Of a DNA stretch of 64,000 nt, positions 1 to 15,678 are shown piece by piece. Position 1 is the first letter of the stretch; every line of letters starts with the position of its first letter. The position numbers were made by a program, and so were the translations under genes. Source of the DNA: the human T2T-CHM13v2.0 reference genome, Homo sapiens. The stretch lies in NCBI RefSeq assembly GCF_009914755.1, contig NC_060932.1; one strand, written 5' to 3'. Below the pieces are notes generated by a model, which did no database searches, was not told where the DNA came from, and was given only the letters and a program-made list of their open reading frames with translations.

Positions 1-75
1 CCACTGCACTCCAGCGTGAGCGACAGAGAGAGAGTCCAGTTCAAAAAATAAATAAATAATTAAAAATAAATATAA
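1..75 (+). mobile_element. Alu 3' end with A-rich tail
   Basis: ccactgcactccagc...gacagag followed by A tail. Confidence 0.85.
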
Positions 76-79
76 AGGA

Positions 80-352
80 GGCCAGGCATGGTGGCTCATG
101 CCTATAATCCCACACTGCCTGGGAGGCCCAGGAAGGAGGATCACTTGAGCCTGGGAGATCAAGACTAGCTTGGGTAACATCCCTCTCTAGAAACAATATG
201 AAAATTAGCTGGGTATGAAGGCACGTGCTTTGCAGTCCCAGCTACTCTGGAGGCTGAGGGGCAAGATCGCTTGAGCCCAGGATGTTGAGGTTACAGTGAG
301 CCATAATTGTGCCACTGCATTCCAGCTCGGGTAACAGAGGAAGACTTTCAAG
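80..352 (+). mobile_element. Alu (diverged, AluJ-like)
   Basis: ggccaggcatggtggctcatgcc...; both arms present. Confidence 0.85.
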
Positions 353-559
353 AAGACGCACAGGCATCATTTTAAGGGAATATGTATACACAACCTCAAA
401 TTCAAAGACAGATTTGCCTGAGAACATACACCTGTGTGCCATAGGAGTCATCACTTCCCACCTCCCCTTTCCCAGCCACCCTTCTCCTGTTTCACAAAAT
501 AAAACAATTCGTCCCATTCAAGCTGTCTAAACAGTTACAATGACAGTGCTGACATTTTT

Positions 560-1120
560 GTTGTTGTTGTTAAAAACCTTGCCTCTTTCATCAGCAAAGA
601 ATGCATAGTTTGTATGAAACACTGAAAAAAATGGTTTGACAGAAGTGGCTTTGTCAGCTAACTTATTTAGTAGATATTTCTCATAAGTTAAATAAATTAA
701 ATCTGCAGTTTAAAAATTTTGTTGATAATTAGTTTAAAGCACAGAAAGGAACTTTAATGAAAAATATTGTTTTGCAACAGTATACTGAAGACGACAATAA
801 CTCAGTTTTCCCAATCCTTTCCAAGTGTATCAGGTCAAACAAGGTGTCTCAAGGTAAAAAAATAACACATACAATGAACAGTCATTATGATATACCTTGG
901 CAATACCTTTTTAGATATGTTCTGGGGAGATGAATAAATAATGACTAGGTAACAAATCTTTTTCCAAGTCAGGTGGTGTTTAATTCTTTGCTTTAAATGA
1001 AAATAAAGGAAGGTCTAATTTAGTCATCAGTTAATCACCAAAACTATTTTTTGATATGTAATCTGCAAAATTCAACTGCTTGTAACATTATCTGCTTTAA
1101 ATAAATTGTTATTAATAAAC
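560..1120 (+). mobile_element. hAT/Charlie-type transposase remnant
   Basis: 646-714 translates WLCQLTYLVDISHKLNKLNLQFK, resembling the Charlie/Buster W..LAYL.DIF..LN.LN..LQ motif. Boundaries uncertain. Confidence 0.55.
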
Positions 1121-2218
1121 TTCTTTGTAAAAGTACACTAAAATATGAGTATAAAAACGAAAATTTTTCTCTTAAAAAAGTGTGTTAATTTTGTTACATG
1201 ATGATAGCATCAACTACTATAACTTTAAAAAAGTATCATCTTTATTAAAATACAATTCACAGTATATTCTTTCGAACCATATAATTCAGTGATTTTTAAT
1301 AAAGTTGTGCAATCACCACCACTATCTACATTCAGAACATTTACTCCCTAAAGAAACTCCATACCCACCAGCAGTTATTCTCCAAATCTCTTCCACCACC
1401 CTCACTAGGGACCACCTGGCAAGCACAAATCTGCATTTTCTTTATACAGATTTGCCTATTCAGGACATGTGAAATAAATGGAATCATATAAAATGTAGCC
1501 TTTTATGACTAGCTTCTTTTACTTAACATGTTTTCCAAGTTCATCCATGTTGTTGCATAAATCAGTATTTAATGTCCTTTTATTTCTAAACAACATTCCA
1601 TTGTATGGATATACCAATTGTGTTTCTTCATTTATAAATTGATGAATGTTTAGACTATTTTCTCTTTTTGGCTATTATAAATAATGCTGCTATAAATATT
1701 CATGTATAAGTTTCTGTGTAAACATGTTTTCATTCCTCCTGGGCATATATTTAGGAGTAGGATTATTGAGTCCTATGGTAATCTTGTTTATTCATTTAAG
1801 GAACTGCCAGACTCATTTTCAAAGTGGCTGCACCATTTCACATTCCCACAAGCAGCGAATGAGGGTTCCAGTTTCCCTCCAACCTCACAGACACTAACAT
1901 CTGTCCCTTTTACTTTAGGTATTGTTATGGGTATGAACGGGTATGCTATGGTTTTGATTTGCATTTCCCTAATGACTAATGACCCTCAGCTTTTTTTCAT
2001 GTGCTAATTATCCATTTGCATATCTTCTTTAGAGAAAGGCCTGTTAAAATCCTATTTTCCCTTCTTATTGGAATATTTATATTTTTATTATTCAGTTGTA
2101 AGACTTCTTTACACATTCTAGATATAATTTTCTTATCACATATGTACTTTAAAAATATCTTTTCCCATTCTGTGGGTCTTTTCATTTTTTTCCTTTCACT
2201 TTCTTGATGATGTCCTTT

Positions 2219-3093
2219 TGAAGCAGGATATTTCCCTGACCCCTTCATGGGCAGAAATGGGAGTATATGAGCACTGGAGTCAGCCAACTCCACTCACTCA
2301 AATCTGCTGTGTTCCACCCCTTGCTGGAGGGAGCAAACAGGTGAGTGGGTACGGCAGCTCGGGCAAATGCCTTCGGGCACCAGCAGGAGTGAACTCTGTA
2401 CTGGTCCCGCAGCAACATCTGGGGAGGGGTGCCAGTGACCCCTGAAGTCCCAGAGGAAGTGTTTGGGTGCTCTTTTAGCTTGGCTGTCTGCATATGGCTT
2501 AAGTGTTAACAGCTCAGTGGATCCTCTGCCTTTTTGGGTGAGATGGCTGCCTTCTGCCAGCAAGGGCAAAGGGTCAGTGTGACAGCCTTTTGCAACCACA
2601 CTTGGGGCACCTGAGCTCTTTAGCAGCATCCAGGAGAAAAGAGGTTGCACAAACAAATTGGAGGTTGGTAAATGCAGGAAATTTTATTGCCGATGGAAGT
2701 GGCTCTCAGCAGGAAGGGGAGCTGAAAAGGGGACAGAGTGGGAAGGTAAATGCCACTGAAGTTTGGCTGTCTCTGGCCAGATTCTTCTCAGAAGTTATGC
2801 TGTCAGACTGTCCCTCTGAAGTCAAGCCACTTCTCTCTGACATCCAGCTGTAGTCTCCAATGTCCAGCTGCTTCTCCTCTCTCTGCTGGCTGAGGCTGGG
2901 GCTTTTATGGGCACAGGAATGGGGGGCAGAGCAGGCCATGGGTGGTTTTGGAAAAGGCAACATTTGAACAGGAAATCAGGGATGTAAGTTCTCACTTTGG
3001 GCCACCGCATCAGGCTTTTCAGCTTGAGGGTGCAGCCCTCACTGGGGACCCATCCTCTTCTGCCCAGAATTTCCCTGCCTCTTGTCCCTATCA
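2219..3093 (-). mobile_element. Solo ERV1 LTR, MER52-like
   Basis: TG..CA ends. Minus strand starts tgatagggacaagaggcagggaaattctggg. 4-bp TSD cttt splits the L1 sequence gtcctttgaagcac. Confidence 0.85.
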
Positions 3094-4266
3094 CTTTGAA
3101 GCACAAAAGGTTTTAATTAGGTGAAATCCAGTTTACCTGTGTTTTATTTTCTTACTTGTGTATTTTATATCTAAGAAATCATTGCCTAATCCAACATCAC
3201 AAAGATTTACTCCAAAAAATTTTGTAGCATTAGCTCTTATATTTAGATATTTGACCCATTTTGATTTCATTTTTGTACGATAGAAAGCAGAGATTCAACT
3301 TCATTCTTTTACATGTGGATATTCAGTTGTTACGACATCATTTACTGGAAAGACTACTTTTCCCCCACCAAATTGTTTTGAAACTCTTTTTGAAATCAAC
3401 AGACCATAAATGTATGGGATTATTTTTAGACACTTGATTATACTGCAATGATCTAGCTGTTGAGCTTTATATCAGCATAACTCTTGATTACTGAAGCTTT
3501 GCACTGAGTTTACCATGTTAACAGTTTTAAGCATTCAGTTCAGTACTGTTTCACATTAGTATATTCACACTGTTGTGGAACAGAATTCCAAAACTTTTTC
3601 ATCTCACTAATCTCAAACTTTATACCCATTAAAGAGCTCCTCTTTTCCCCTTCATGCCAGCCACTTGTAACCAACGTTCTACTTTCTGTTTATATGAATT
3701 TAACAACTTTACTTACCTCAAACAAATGGAATCATATTTTTTCTTTTTGTGACTGGCTTATTTCACTTAGCATAATGTCCTCAAGGTTCATCCATGTTGT
3801 AGCATGTGACAGGATTTCTTTCCTTTTTAAGGCTGAACGATTTTCCATTTTATGTAGAGACAACATTTTATTTATACATAAATCTGTGGATGAACATTTG
3901 GTCTGCTTCTACTTCTTGGTTAATGTGAAAAGTGTGGCTACGAACATGGGTGGGCAAGTATCTCTTCAAAATCCAGCTTTAAACTTTTTATATATATACA
4001 TGCAGAAATGAGATTGGTGTATCACATGATAGTTATATTTCTCATTTTTTTGTGGACCCTCCAAGCTATTTTCCACAGTGATTGCACCATTTTACAATTC
4101 CTACAACAGTACGTTTCCAATTTGTCTACATCCTTGCCAAAAATAGTTTCTATTTTTTTTGATAGCAATGATCCTAGTGGGTATCAGGTGATACCCAACT
4201 GTAGTTTTTATTTGCATTTCTAGATTAGAGAATGTTGAGTATGTTTTCATATGCTTGTGAACACTT

Positions 4267-4570
<304 letters not shown>

Positions 4571-6260
4571 TGAACATTTCTAGACCATCTTTGGATAAAT
4601 ATCTATTAAAGTATTTTTCCCCTTTTAAAATCAGGATATTTGATTTTTAGATGTGGAAATATAGGAGTTCTTTACACAGTCTGATATTAACTCCTTATAG
4701 GTATATGATTTGTAAATATTTTATTCTATTCTGTAGGTTGCCTTTACACACCCCTTTGTTTTTAAGGCACAAACGTTTAAGTTTGATGTAGTCCCATTTT
4801 TGTTTTTGTTGCCTGTGCTTTTGGTGTCACAGTGAAGAAATTGCCGGCACATACAATAACGTGATGTTTTTCCCCTATGTTTTTTCTCAGGATTTTATAG
4901 TTTCAGGATTACATTTAGGTCTTTAAAACGTTGAGATAATTTTTATACACTGTGTGATATAAGGGTCCTACTTCTCTTTTTTTTGCATGAAGATACTGTA
5001 TTCACACTACCATTTTTTAAAAAGTCTGACATTTCCCCAATGAGTGGTCTTAGCACTCTTGTTGAAGATGTGAGGATTTGTGCACTCTATTCTATTCCAT
5101 TAGCCTGTCCTTATGCCAGTTCCACACTATTTTGACTACTGTAGCTTTGTAATATGTTTAAAATAACATACGATTACTCTAACTCTGTTCTTTTTCAAAA
5201 CTGTTATGATTATTTGGGGTACCTTGAACTCTCATATGATTTTTAGAACATTTTCCATCTCTGGGATAAATGTTATTGAGATTTTGATAGTAATCGTGTT
5301 GAATCTGTAGATTACTTTGTATAGTATAATATATAAAAAAATTAAGTCTTCCAGTCCATGAACATGAAATATTTTCCCTTTTATTTGCATCTTATTATTC
5401 TGCAGCATGGTTTGATAAGTTTTGAAATGGAGAAATCAGGAGTCCTCCAATTTTTTGCCTCTTTTTCTATATTTTGACTATTCTGGGCCCTTTCCATTTC
5501 CACATAAATTTCAGGATTTGTCTGTCCATTTCTTTACATACATATACAAAGTGAACTTGGATTTTCACAGTGATTCTGTGGAATCTGAAGATCAGTTTGG
5601 AGAGTACTTCAGTCTTAACAATAAAGTTCCAATACATGACTATAAAAGATCTTTCCACTTTTACAGTTCCTTTCTTCAGTATTTTATAGTTTCACTTGAA
5701 CTTATTTTGTTAAATTTATTCTCTAATATCTTGATTTTTTGATGCTACTGTAAAATTATTTCACTTTTAATGTTCATTGCTAGTATATAGCAATGCAATT
5801 GTTTTGCAAATGCTCAACTTGTATTTTGCAGCCTTGCTGAACGTCTTTAGTCCTAATAGGTTTTTTCTTTTGTATAGTCCTGAAGATCCTCTACACACAA
5901 GATCAGTTCTCCCATACAGATTCCTTTAGTTATTCCTTTTTGTTTTAAAGACACAAAATATTTTATTATGCTACATATAAACAGAGTTTTTAAAAACTGA
6001 AACATAATAGCTACATATATTTTTAGAGTACATGTGATATCTTGATATATGTATATATCGTATAATGATCAGAACAGGGCAAAAGAGACATCCATCTCCC
6101 CAAAAATTCACCCCTTCTTTGTGTTGGGAACATTTCAATTGCTCTCCACCAGTTATTTTAAGATATACAAATTATTGTTAACTATAGTCACTCTACTGCA
6201 GTACTGAACAATACATCGTGTTCCTTCTAACTGTATTTTTGTGCCCATTAACCTAACACC

Positions 6261-6720
6261 TTTTTTTTTCCTCCAGTTTGAATTTTGACTCAGCAATGTT
6301 CATGCCTAGACCTCTTACTTCTGTCGTTGGTACAGCCTGTTCCTGCTGCTGCTGCTTCTTGGTCTTCAGGTTCTCCCTATGCTTGTTCAGCCAGTGGCAC
6401 ATGATACAAGTATTCTTGGGCCACAGATCCGGGGGCTAGTATTTCTTGCCCTTGTAGAACTTCCTGAGGTTTGTTTTCTGAGTTTGGCTAATGACGGTGA
6501 GAACACAGGCAACAGATTTGGAAATGACTACAATCTAAGAGAACTGGAATGTCGGGCACCTGTCACTTCAGCGACTTACATCTGGGACAGGTCTACCTTC
6601 AGGTTGTCCAGCTGTCTTAGCAGCTCCTCTTCCTTCTTGCCTCAAAGATCCTGAGCCTTAATCTTGGCTACGGCTGCAAAAGCCACCACCGCTGCCAAAT
6701 GCCCCGAGGGAAAGAGAAAA
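6261..6720 (-). pseudogene. RPL35P: Processed pseudogene of ribosomal protein L35
   Basis: Minus strand encodes AKIKAQDL*GKKEEELLRQLDNLKVDLSQ... like RPL35. Start ATG has become GTA (6671) and there are internal stops. No introns, 5' pyrimidine (TOP) tract, poly(A) remnant at 6261, TSD gtgcccattaa at 6241 and 6721. Confidence 0.92.
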
Positions 6721-7998
6721 GTGCCCATTAATCAACCTTTCAAAACCCTTTCTAAATCCCCTGTGCCCCTCCTCCTCCTACCTTCTGGTAACCACCAATC
6801 TACTCTCTACCTTCATGAAATCTACTTTTTAAGCCCCCCCAAGTTTGAGAAAGAACATGTGGTATTTGTCGCTCTGTGCCAGTTTACTTCACTTAACATA
6901 ATGACCTCTGTGTTCCATCCACATTGCTACAAATAACATAATTTCATCATTTTCTATGGCCGAGTAATATTCCACTTATATTTATGTACCACATTTTCTA
7001 TATCCATTCATCTATAAATTAACATTTAGGTGAATTCCATATCTTGGCTAACGTGAATAGTACTACAATAAACATGGGAGTGCAGACATTTCTTGAATAT
7101 ACTGACTTCGTTTCTTTTAAATATATACCAAGCAGTGGGAATGCAGAGTCATATGGTAGTTCTATAGTTTTTCAATGAGCATTCACACTCTTTTTCATAC
7201 TGTCTTTTTCAGAGAGTGTATGAGTTTCCCTTTCTTTTCATTCTGGCCAGCACTCATTGTTTATTGTCTTTTTGATAAAAACCATTTTAACTCGGGTAAA
7301 ATGATATCTCCTGTGGTTTTGATTTGCATTTCCCTGTAACACTGAACATCTATTCATGTATCTGTTGGCCATTTCTATGTCTTCTTTTGAGAAATACCTA
7401 TTCAATCAAAAATTTTGCCCATTTTAAAATCGAGTTATTTGACCATTTGCTGTTGAGTTACTTATATATTCTGGTTATTAATCCCTTTTCAAATGGATAG
7501 CTCAAAAATATCTTCTACCATTCTGTAGCTTGTATCTTCACTTTGTTGATTATTTCCTTTACTGGGCAGAAGGGTTTTAGCTTGATGGGACACCACATCT
7601 AAATATTTTAGCATTTGTTGCTCATAATTTAGAGGTCTTCCCCTCCCCCGCCGACCCCCTGCAAAATCTTTACTCATCCCACCATTGTAGTGTTTCCCCA
7701 ATCTTTTCTTCTAGTAGTTTCATATTTTTAGTTCTTACATTTAACTCTTTAATCCAAGTTGAGGTGATTTTTGTAAATTGTGAAAGTTAAGAGTCTAGTT
7801 TGATTCTTCTTCATAAGCATATCCAGTTTTCTGAGCACCATTTATTGAAGAAACTCCCCATTCCTCAAAGTATGTTCTTGGAGCCTTTGTCAAAACTAAG
7901 TTGGCTATAAATGCATGGATTTCTAGGTTTCTCTATTCTGTTCCACTGACCAATGTGTCTATTTCCATGCCAGTACCATACTATATTGGTTACCATGG

Positions 7999-8428
<430 letters not shown>

Positions 8429-8774
8429 TGGTTCTTCTTTAAATGTCTGACAGAACTGAGCAGTGAAACTGTCAGATCATGAGCTTCCCTTTGATGGGAG
8501 ACCATTTTATTAGTGCTTTGATCTCGTTACTCATTACTGGTCTGTTCAAGTTTTTTCTTTCTTCAAAGTTCCCGATGAACTTCGTGGTTCTTGAATCTTC
8601 TTGGTAGTTTGTATGTTTCTAAAAATACCTCCACTTCTCGTTTTTCCAAGTAGTTGGGGAATACTTCTTCATAAGAGTCTCTAATGATTTTGTGTTTCTT
8701 TGTATTTCTGCGGTATCAGTAGTTATGTCTCTTTTTTTGTTTCTGATTTTATTGATTTTGGTCTTTTTTCTTAG

Positions 8775-9093
<319 letters not shown>

Positions 9094-12000
9094 AATTTTG
9101 CCAATGTTTTAAAAAACCCAACTTTTCATTTCTGTTGACCTTTTAAATTGTTTCTTAAAATCTGAACTTCACTTTTTATGCTCTGACCTTTATTGTTTCC
9201 TTCCACTAATGTTGAGTTTTTTTCCCATGCTTTTCTAGTTCTTTACAGTGTTTCATTAGATTGTTTATCTGAAATCTAAGTTTAAGAAAACATTAACACA
9301 TAATAACTATACATATTTATGGGGTACATGTGATATTTTGAAATATGCATGTAATGTGTAATAATCAAATCAGGATATTTTGGATACCCATCACTTCAAA
9401 CATTTACTACATCTCTGTGTTGGGATCATTTCAAATCTTCCAGCTATTTTGAAATATTCAACAATTATAAACTATATTCATCCTCCGGTGCTATGAAAGA
9501 ATAGGACTTATTCCTTCTAACTATATGTTTCCATTCGCCTCCCTTTAATCCCACCACCACCACTATCCACAGCCTCTGGTAAATATCATTTTACTCTCTA
9601 TGTCCATGATATCAACTTTTTAAACTCCCTCATGAGGGAGAGCATACAATATGTGTCTTTCAATGCCTGACTTACTTCACTCAATATAATGAAATGTAAT
9701 TTTATCCACGTTACCGTAAATGCCAAGATTTCATTTTAATGGAAGAGTAATATTCTATTATGTATATATGTTACATTTTCTTTGTGTATTCATAAGTTGA
9801 TGGACACAGATTAATTCCATATCTTGGCTATCAAGAATAGTACTGTAGTAAGTACAGGGATGCCCTATAACTCTGACATTAATTTCCTTCCATTTGGATA
9901 AAAACATAGTAGTGGGGTTGCTGGATCGAATGAAATTACTCCTGGGTTAAATTTATTCCCAGGTTTTTTCTTTTGTAGCTGTTATAAATGGGATTACTTT
10001 CCTGATTTCTTTTTCAACTAGTTCATTATTAGAGAATAGACACACTGCTGAGTTGTGTACACTGATTTTTTACCTTGAAACTTTACTGAGTTCATCTATC
10101 AGATCTAAGAGTTTCAGGTAGAGTCTTTAGGTTCTTCTATATATAAGATCATGTTATCTGAAGAAAGGACAATTTGAATTCCCCTTTTCAAACGTGGATG
10201 CATTTCTTTTGCCTGGTTACTCTGGCTAGGACTTCCAGTACTATATTGAATATGAGTGGTGAAGGTGAGCATCCTTATCTTGTTTTAGTTCTTAGAAGAA
10301 AGGATTTCAGTTCTGCCTCAGTATGTAGTTAGCTGCAGCTTTGTCATACATGGCGTTTACTATGATGTGTTCTTTCTATGTCTAATTTATTGAGTTTTTT
10401 TATTATGAAGGGATGTTGAATTTTATGAAACCCTTTTTTTGCATTTGAGATGCAAAAATATATAATTATATTAAAAATATAATTTTTGACCTTTTTGTGA
10501 CGTATCATGTTTATTGATTTACATATAATAAACCATCCTACCATCCCTGGAATAAAACCCACTTGATCATCGTGAATGATCTTTTTATTGATTTGTTAGA
10601 TTTGGTGTGCTGGTATTTTGCTGAGGAATTTTGCATCTAAGTTCGTCAGGAATACTGGCCTATAGTGTTTTCTTATTGTATCCTTATCTGGTTCTGGCAT
10701 CAAGGTAATTCTGGCCTCATGGAACAAGCTAGGAAAAAATCCCTCCTCTCCAATTTTTCGGAATAGTTTGAGGAGAACTGATGTTAGATCTTCTTTGTAA
10801 GTTTGTAGCATTCAGCAGTAAAAATCTCCTGGGCTCAAGCTTTTCTCTGTTAGAAGACATTTTATTACTGACTCAGTTTCATTACTCATTATTGATCTGT
10901 TCAGGTGTTCTATTTCTTCATGGCCAAATACTGGTAGTTTCCTCATGTCCAGGAATGAATCTGTTTCCCGTAGGTTCCAATTTGTTCAGACAGTTGTTCA
11001 CGATAGTCTCTAACAATCTTCTATTTTTGTGGGATATAAGTTTTACTGTCTCCTTTTTTGGTTGGGATTTTATTTGTGTCTTCTTTTTTAATCTTGGTTA
11101 GTCTATCCAGCAATTTATGAATGTTGTTTATTCTCTCAAAAAAAAAACCCAACTCTTCATTTCACTGATCCTCTGTATAGCCTTTTTTTCACCTCTAATT
11201 TAGTTCTGCTCTGACTTTATTATTTCCTGCTGTTAATTTTGTATCTGGTTTGTTCTTGCTTTTCTAGTTCCTTGAGGTGCATCAATAGGTTCTTTAAAAT
11301 CTTTCTACTTTCTTCATGTAAGTATTTGTTGCTATTAAACATCCTTTTATCATGGCTTTTGCTGTATCCCACATATTTTGATATGTTGTGTTCCCATTTT
11401 GATTTGTTTCAAGAAACTTTTTGTTTCTTATTTCTCCTTAAATCCAGTGATGGCTCATAATTGTGGCTTAATTTCCTTGTATTTGTACAATTTCCAAAGT
11501 TCTCATTGTTGATTTCTAGTTTTATTCCATCGTGGTCTGAGAAGATACGTGATATTATTTCTATTTTTTTAATCGTTGAGACTACTTTTGTTGTATAACA
11601 AATAGTCTAGCCTCAAGAATGTCCCATGTGATAAGAATACTTGTTCTGTAGCTGTTGGACAATATGTTCTGTAAATGTCTATCAAGCGCATTTGATCTAA
11701 AACGAAGTTTAAATCCAATACCTCTTTGTTGATGACTTGGCTAGATGATCAGTCCAAGGCTGAGAGTCAGTTGTTGAAGACACCTAATCTGATTTTATTG
11801 GACTCAGTCTCTCCCTTTAGATTCAATAATGTTTGCTTTCTATATCTGCATGCTCCAGTGTTGGGCGCACAAATATTTAGAATTGTTTAATCTTCTTGCT
11901 GAAATGGTCCCTCTACCATTATAGAATTACCTTCTTTGCCGCTTTTTGGCTTAAAGTCTATTTTATCTGATACTAGTGTAGCTACTCATGCTTGCTTTTG

Positions 12001-12299
12001 GTTTCTGTTTGCATGGATTATCTTTTTCCATCCCTTCACTTTGAGTCTACGTGTCTTTACCAGTAAAGTCAGTTTTTTATAGGCAGTATATAGTTAAGTC
12101 ATTTTTTTTTGTTTTTCTATTCAGCCAATCTATATTTTTTAAGGGGGGAATTTAAACTGTTTACATTCAAGGTTATTATTCAGTACTTAATTCCTGTCAT
12201 TTTGTGAATTATTTTTTGGTTTTGTGTATCCTCTCATCCTGTTCTCCTCTTATCATTGTGGTTTGCTGGTTTTCTGTAGTAGTAACACTTGCCTCCTCT

Positions 12300-12605
12300 A
12301 TTTATTTATTTATTTTTTTGTGAGACCGACACTCACTCTGTTGCCCAGGCTGGAGTGTGCAGTGGTGCGACCTTGGCTCACTGTAAGCTCTGCGTCTTGG
12401 GTTCACGCCATTCTCCTACCTCAGCCTCCTGAGTAGCTGGGACTACAGGTGCCTGCCACCAAGCCTGGCTAATTTTTTTGTATTTTTAGTAGAGACGGGG
12501 TTTCACTGTGTTAGCCAGGATGGTCTCAATCTCCTGACCTCATGATCCGCCTGCCTTGGCCTCCCAAAGTGCTGGTATTACAGGCGTGAGCCACCGCGCC
12601 TGGCC
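12300..12605 (-). mobile_element. Alu (AluY-like)
   Basis: gtaagctc...gggttcacgccattctcc diagnostic of young Alus. Confidence 0.9.
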
Positions 12606-12861
12606 GAGAGTTTTATACTTTTATGTGTTTTGATTATGACAGATATTGTCCTTTATCTTCTAAATGCAGGGCTCCCTTGACCTCTTCTTGTAGGGCCAGT
12701 AGAGTGGTGATTAACTTCAATTTTTCCTTGCTTTGGAAAGCATTTATTCTCCTTCATTTTTTATATCTTCCCCAGGTATAATATTTTTGGCTGACAGTTG
12801 TGTTTTTTTGTTTGTTCTGCTTTTCACCACTTTGGAGTTATCATTTCATTTACTCCTGGAC

Positions 12862-13294
12862 TGCAGTGGCCAAAGTAATTCCATCCACCACGTTGATTTC
12901 TTATTAACCCCAGTTCCAAGAAGGCCTCTAAGATTTCCAGTTTATTTTTACTTAAGAGCATGTACTTACCATAAATCCCATTCCTAGGTCAAAACAATGT
13001 AAATGTTATTGTACTTGCTATAATCAATGCCCTTAAGCAGTTATCCTACACAGCCCTTCTGATGCATGCATATCCTTTTTCTATGGCATATAAGCCCTAG
13101 GTCTTGGGAGTAAAGGCACAGGGATCCACCATCTTTGTCTCTTGAAGTACCTCCCAAGACACAATCCCTATTAAATGTTCCTAAGTCCCTATTAAATGTT
13201 TCTAAGAAACTGAATTTGTCAGCCTCTTTCTTTGGCCTCTCATATTCCTTGAACTTTGGGGGTAGGGTTGTATAGACTTTTCCACCGTGGAACA
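12862..13294 (+). mobile_element. Solo LTR, probably ERVL class (LTR47-like, tentative)
   Basis: TG..CA ends, 5-bp TSD tggac/tggcc interrupting L1 sequence. Confidence 0.7.
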
Positions 13295-15387
13295 TGGCCT
13301 GGAAGGTTTCTGCTAAGAAATTTGCTATTAGTGTGATAGGGATACTCTTCTCTGTGACTTGACCCCTTTGCTGTATTTAGAATTCTCTTTTTCTTGGACT
13401 TTTAACAGTTCGACTATGAAGTGGCATGGAGAAGGCCTTTCAGGGTAGAATATATTTGAAGATCTTCGAGCTTCCTATATCTAGATGTCTGTATCTCTTC
13501 CAAGACTTGAGAAGTTTTTACCTATTATTTCGTTAAATGGGTTTTCTATGCCATTACCCATCTGTTCTCTTCCAGGAAAACTGAAAATTCCACTATTTCG
13601 TCATTGTATGTGTTACATAAGCTTTCTTCGTTTTTATTTTTTTTAAAAATGTTATCTGCTCAGGTTATTTCAAAAGACCTGTCTTCAAGTTTACAAATTC
13701 TTCTGCTTGATCTAGAGTCTGTTATTGAAACTGATGATTATATTTTTTATTTTACTCTTTGAATTCTTCAGTTTCAGGATTTCTATTTAACTTCTTTCTG
13801 ACATCTTTGTTGAATTTCTCATACAGATGGTGAAATGTTTCTTTGCATTGTTCATCTGTTTTCTGTAGTACCTGGGTTTTCAGAAATATTTTGAATTCAT
13901 TTTCAGGTATTTCATAGATTTTTTTTAATATTGGCATCTGTTGCTGGAGAATTATTGTGTTCCTTTGATGGTTTCATGCTTCCTTGATTTCTCATGTTTC
14001 TTGTGTCCTTACATTTATATCTATGCATCTGGTGTAACATTTGCTTCATCCAACTCTATGGATTGGGTTTCGAAGGGAAAGACATTTTTTTCTATAGAGC
14101 TATCTATAGAGTTGTTTGGGTAAGGCGTTTTGGCTTTGATTCTGGGTGGGAGAAGCAGTGCAGTCTCCATATGACTTCTTTGACTATCTTTAGCATCAGT
14201 GGTGTCTATGAGTTCCTCAGTGGATAAAGCTGTGGCTTTTAGTAACGGCTGTAGTGAGGCTTTGCTAGTGAAAGGGACATCAGGCAGGCCAGTTCTTAGG
14301 CAACAGTGATGGCAACTCTGGGATGGATATGCAGGATCTCGGTCAACACACGTGGATATTGGTAAAAGCAGGTCAGGAGGACGAATCCTTGGTCTTCAAG
14401 TGGATTGTCTGTGTGCTAGCAGTGGCAACAATGGGCTGAGTGAATGGGTCCTCAGGCCCTTAGATGGTATGCATAATGTCTGCGGCTGCAACAGCAGCAG
14501 AGGGCTAACTTGGGGCCCCAAGCTACAGCTTTGGGTGCCAGCAGTTAGGGGTACAAAGGGCCTAGTGGCCATCACCGAGCATCCAAGTGGCACGCAGCTG
14601 GGTGGCACATGGCCGTAGGCAGGGCAGTGGCAGTCTCACTTGGTCATGCTATATAATCCTTTTTATATTTTGTTGAATTAGGTTTGTTTTAGAATGCAAG
14701 AAATATTCATAAGGGATATCTTTATCATGACTTGTCTCATTTTGGTATCAGGGTAATAGTGCTCTCATAGAATTACTTAAAAAGTGTTACTCTTTTTTTC
14801 TGAAGGGTGTAAAAAAACTGATGTTAAAACTTCTTTAAATGTCGATGCAATTCACAAGTAAAGCCATTTGATCTTAGGCTTTTCTTTGTAGGAAGTTTTC
14901 TGATTACTAAACTCTTCACTTGCTAAGGATCTATTCAGGTTTTGTTTCCTTTTGAGTTTCAGTAGTTTTTATCTTTCTAAGAATTTGTTCATTTCATCTA
15001 GGTTATCTAGCTGTTGACAATATTCACTTACAGTAGTTACTTCCATAAGGCCAATAGTAATGCCCTCTTCATTACTGATTTTAGTAATTTGAGAGTTCTT
15101 TTACTCATGGTCAGTCTAATTCAACTTTTGTCAGTTGTTGATCTTTTCAAAAAACAAGCTTCTGATTTCATTGCTTTTTCTCTATTACTCTTCTATTCTC
15201 TGTTTAATTCATCTTTGCTCTGATTATTCTTTCCCTTCTTTGGACTGAGTTTGCTTTTGTTTCTTTCATTAGGTTAGACTGTAAATTTGACATTTTTCTA
15301 AAATACAGCAATTTAGAGCAATAATTTGCAATTTGGCAATTCATCAGCTGTATACCATAAGTTTTTTATGTTGTATTTTCATTTTGC

Positions 15388-15678
15388 TTTTTTTGTTGTT
15401 GTTGAGACGTAGTCTTGCTCTGTTGCCCAGGCTGGAGTGCAGTGGCACAATCTCAGCTCACTGCAACCTCCGTCTCCTGGGTCAAGTGATTCTCTCACAT
15501 CAGCCACTCGAGTAACTGGGATGATAGGTGCATGCCACCATGCCTGGCAAATTTTTTGTATTCTGAAGTAGAGATGGCATTTCACCATGTTGGCCAGGCT
15601 GGTCTCGAACTCCTGACCTCAAAGTGATTTGCCTGCCTCGGCCTCCCAGACTGCTGGCATGAGCCACTGCAACCGGCC
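15388..15678 (-). mobile_element. Alu
   Basis: Antisense Alu consensus. Confidence 0.9.

Noticed and set aside
6379-6936. Two plus-strand ORFs
   Set aside because: Antisense reading of the RPL35 pseudogene and adjacent L1.
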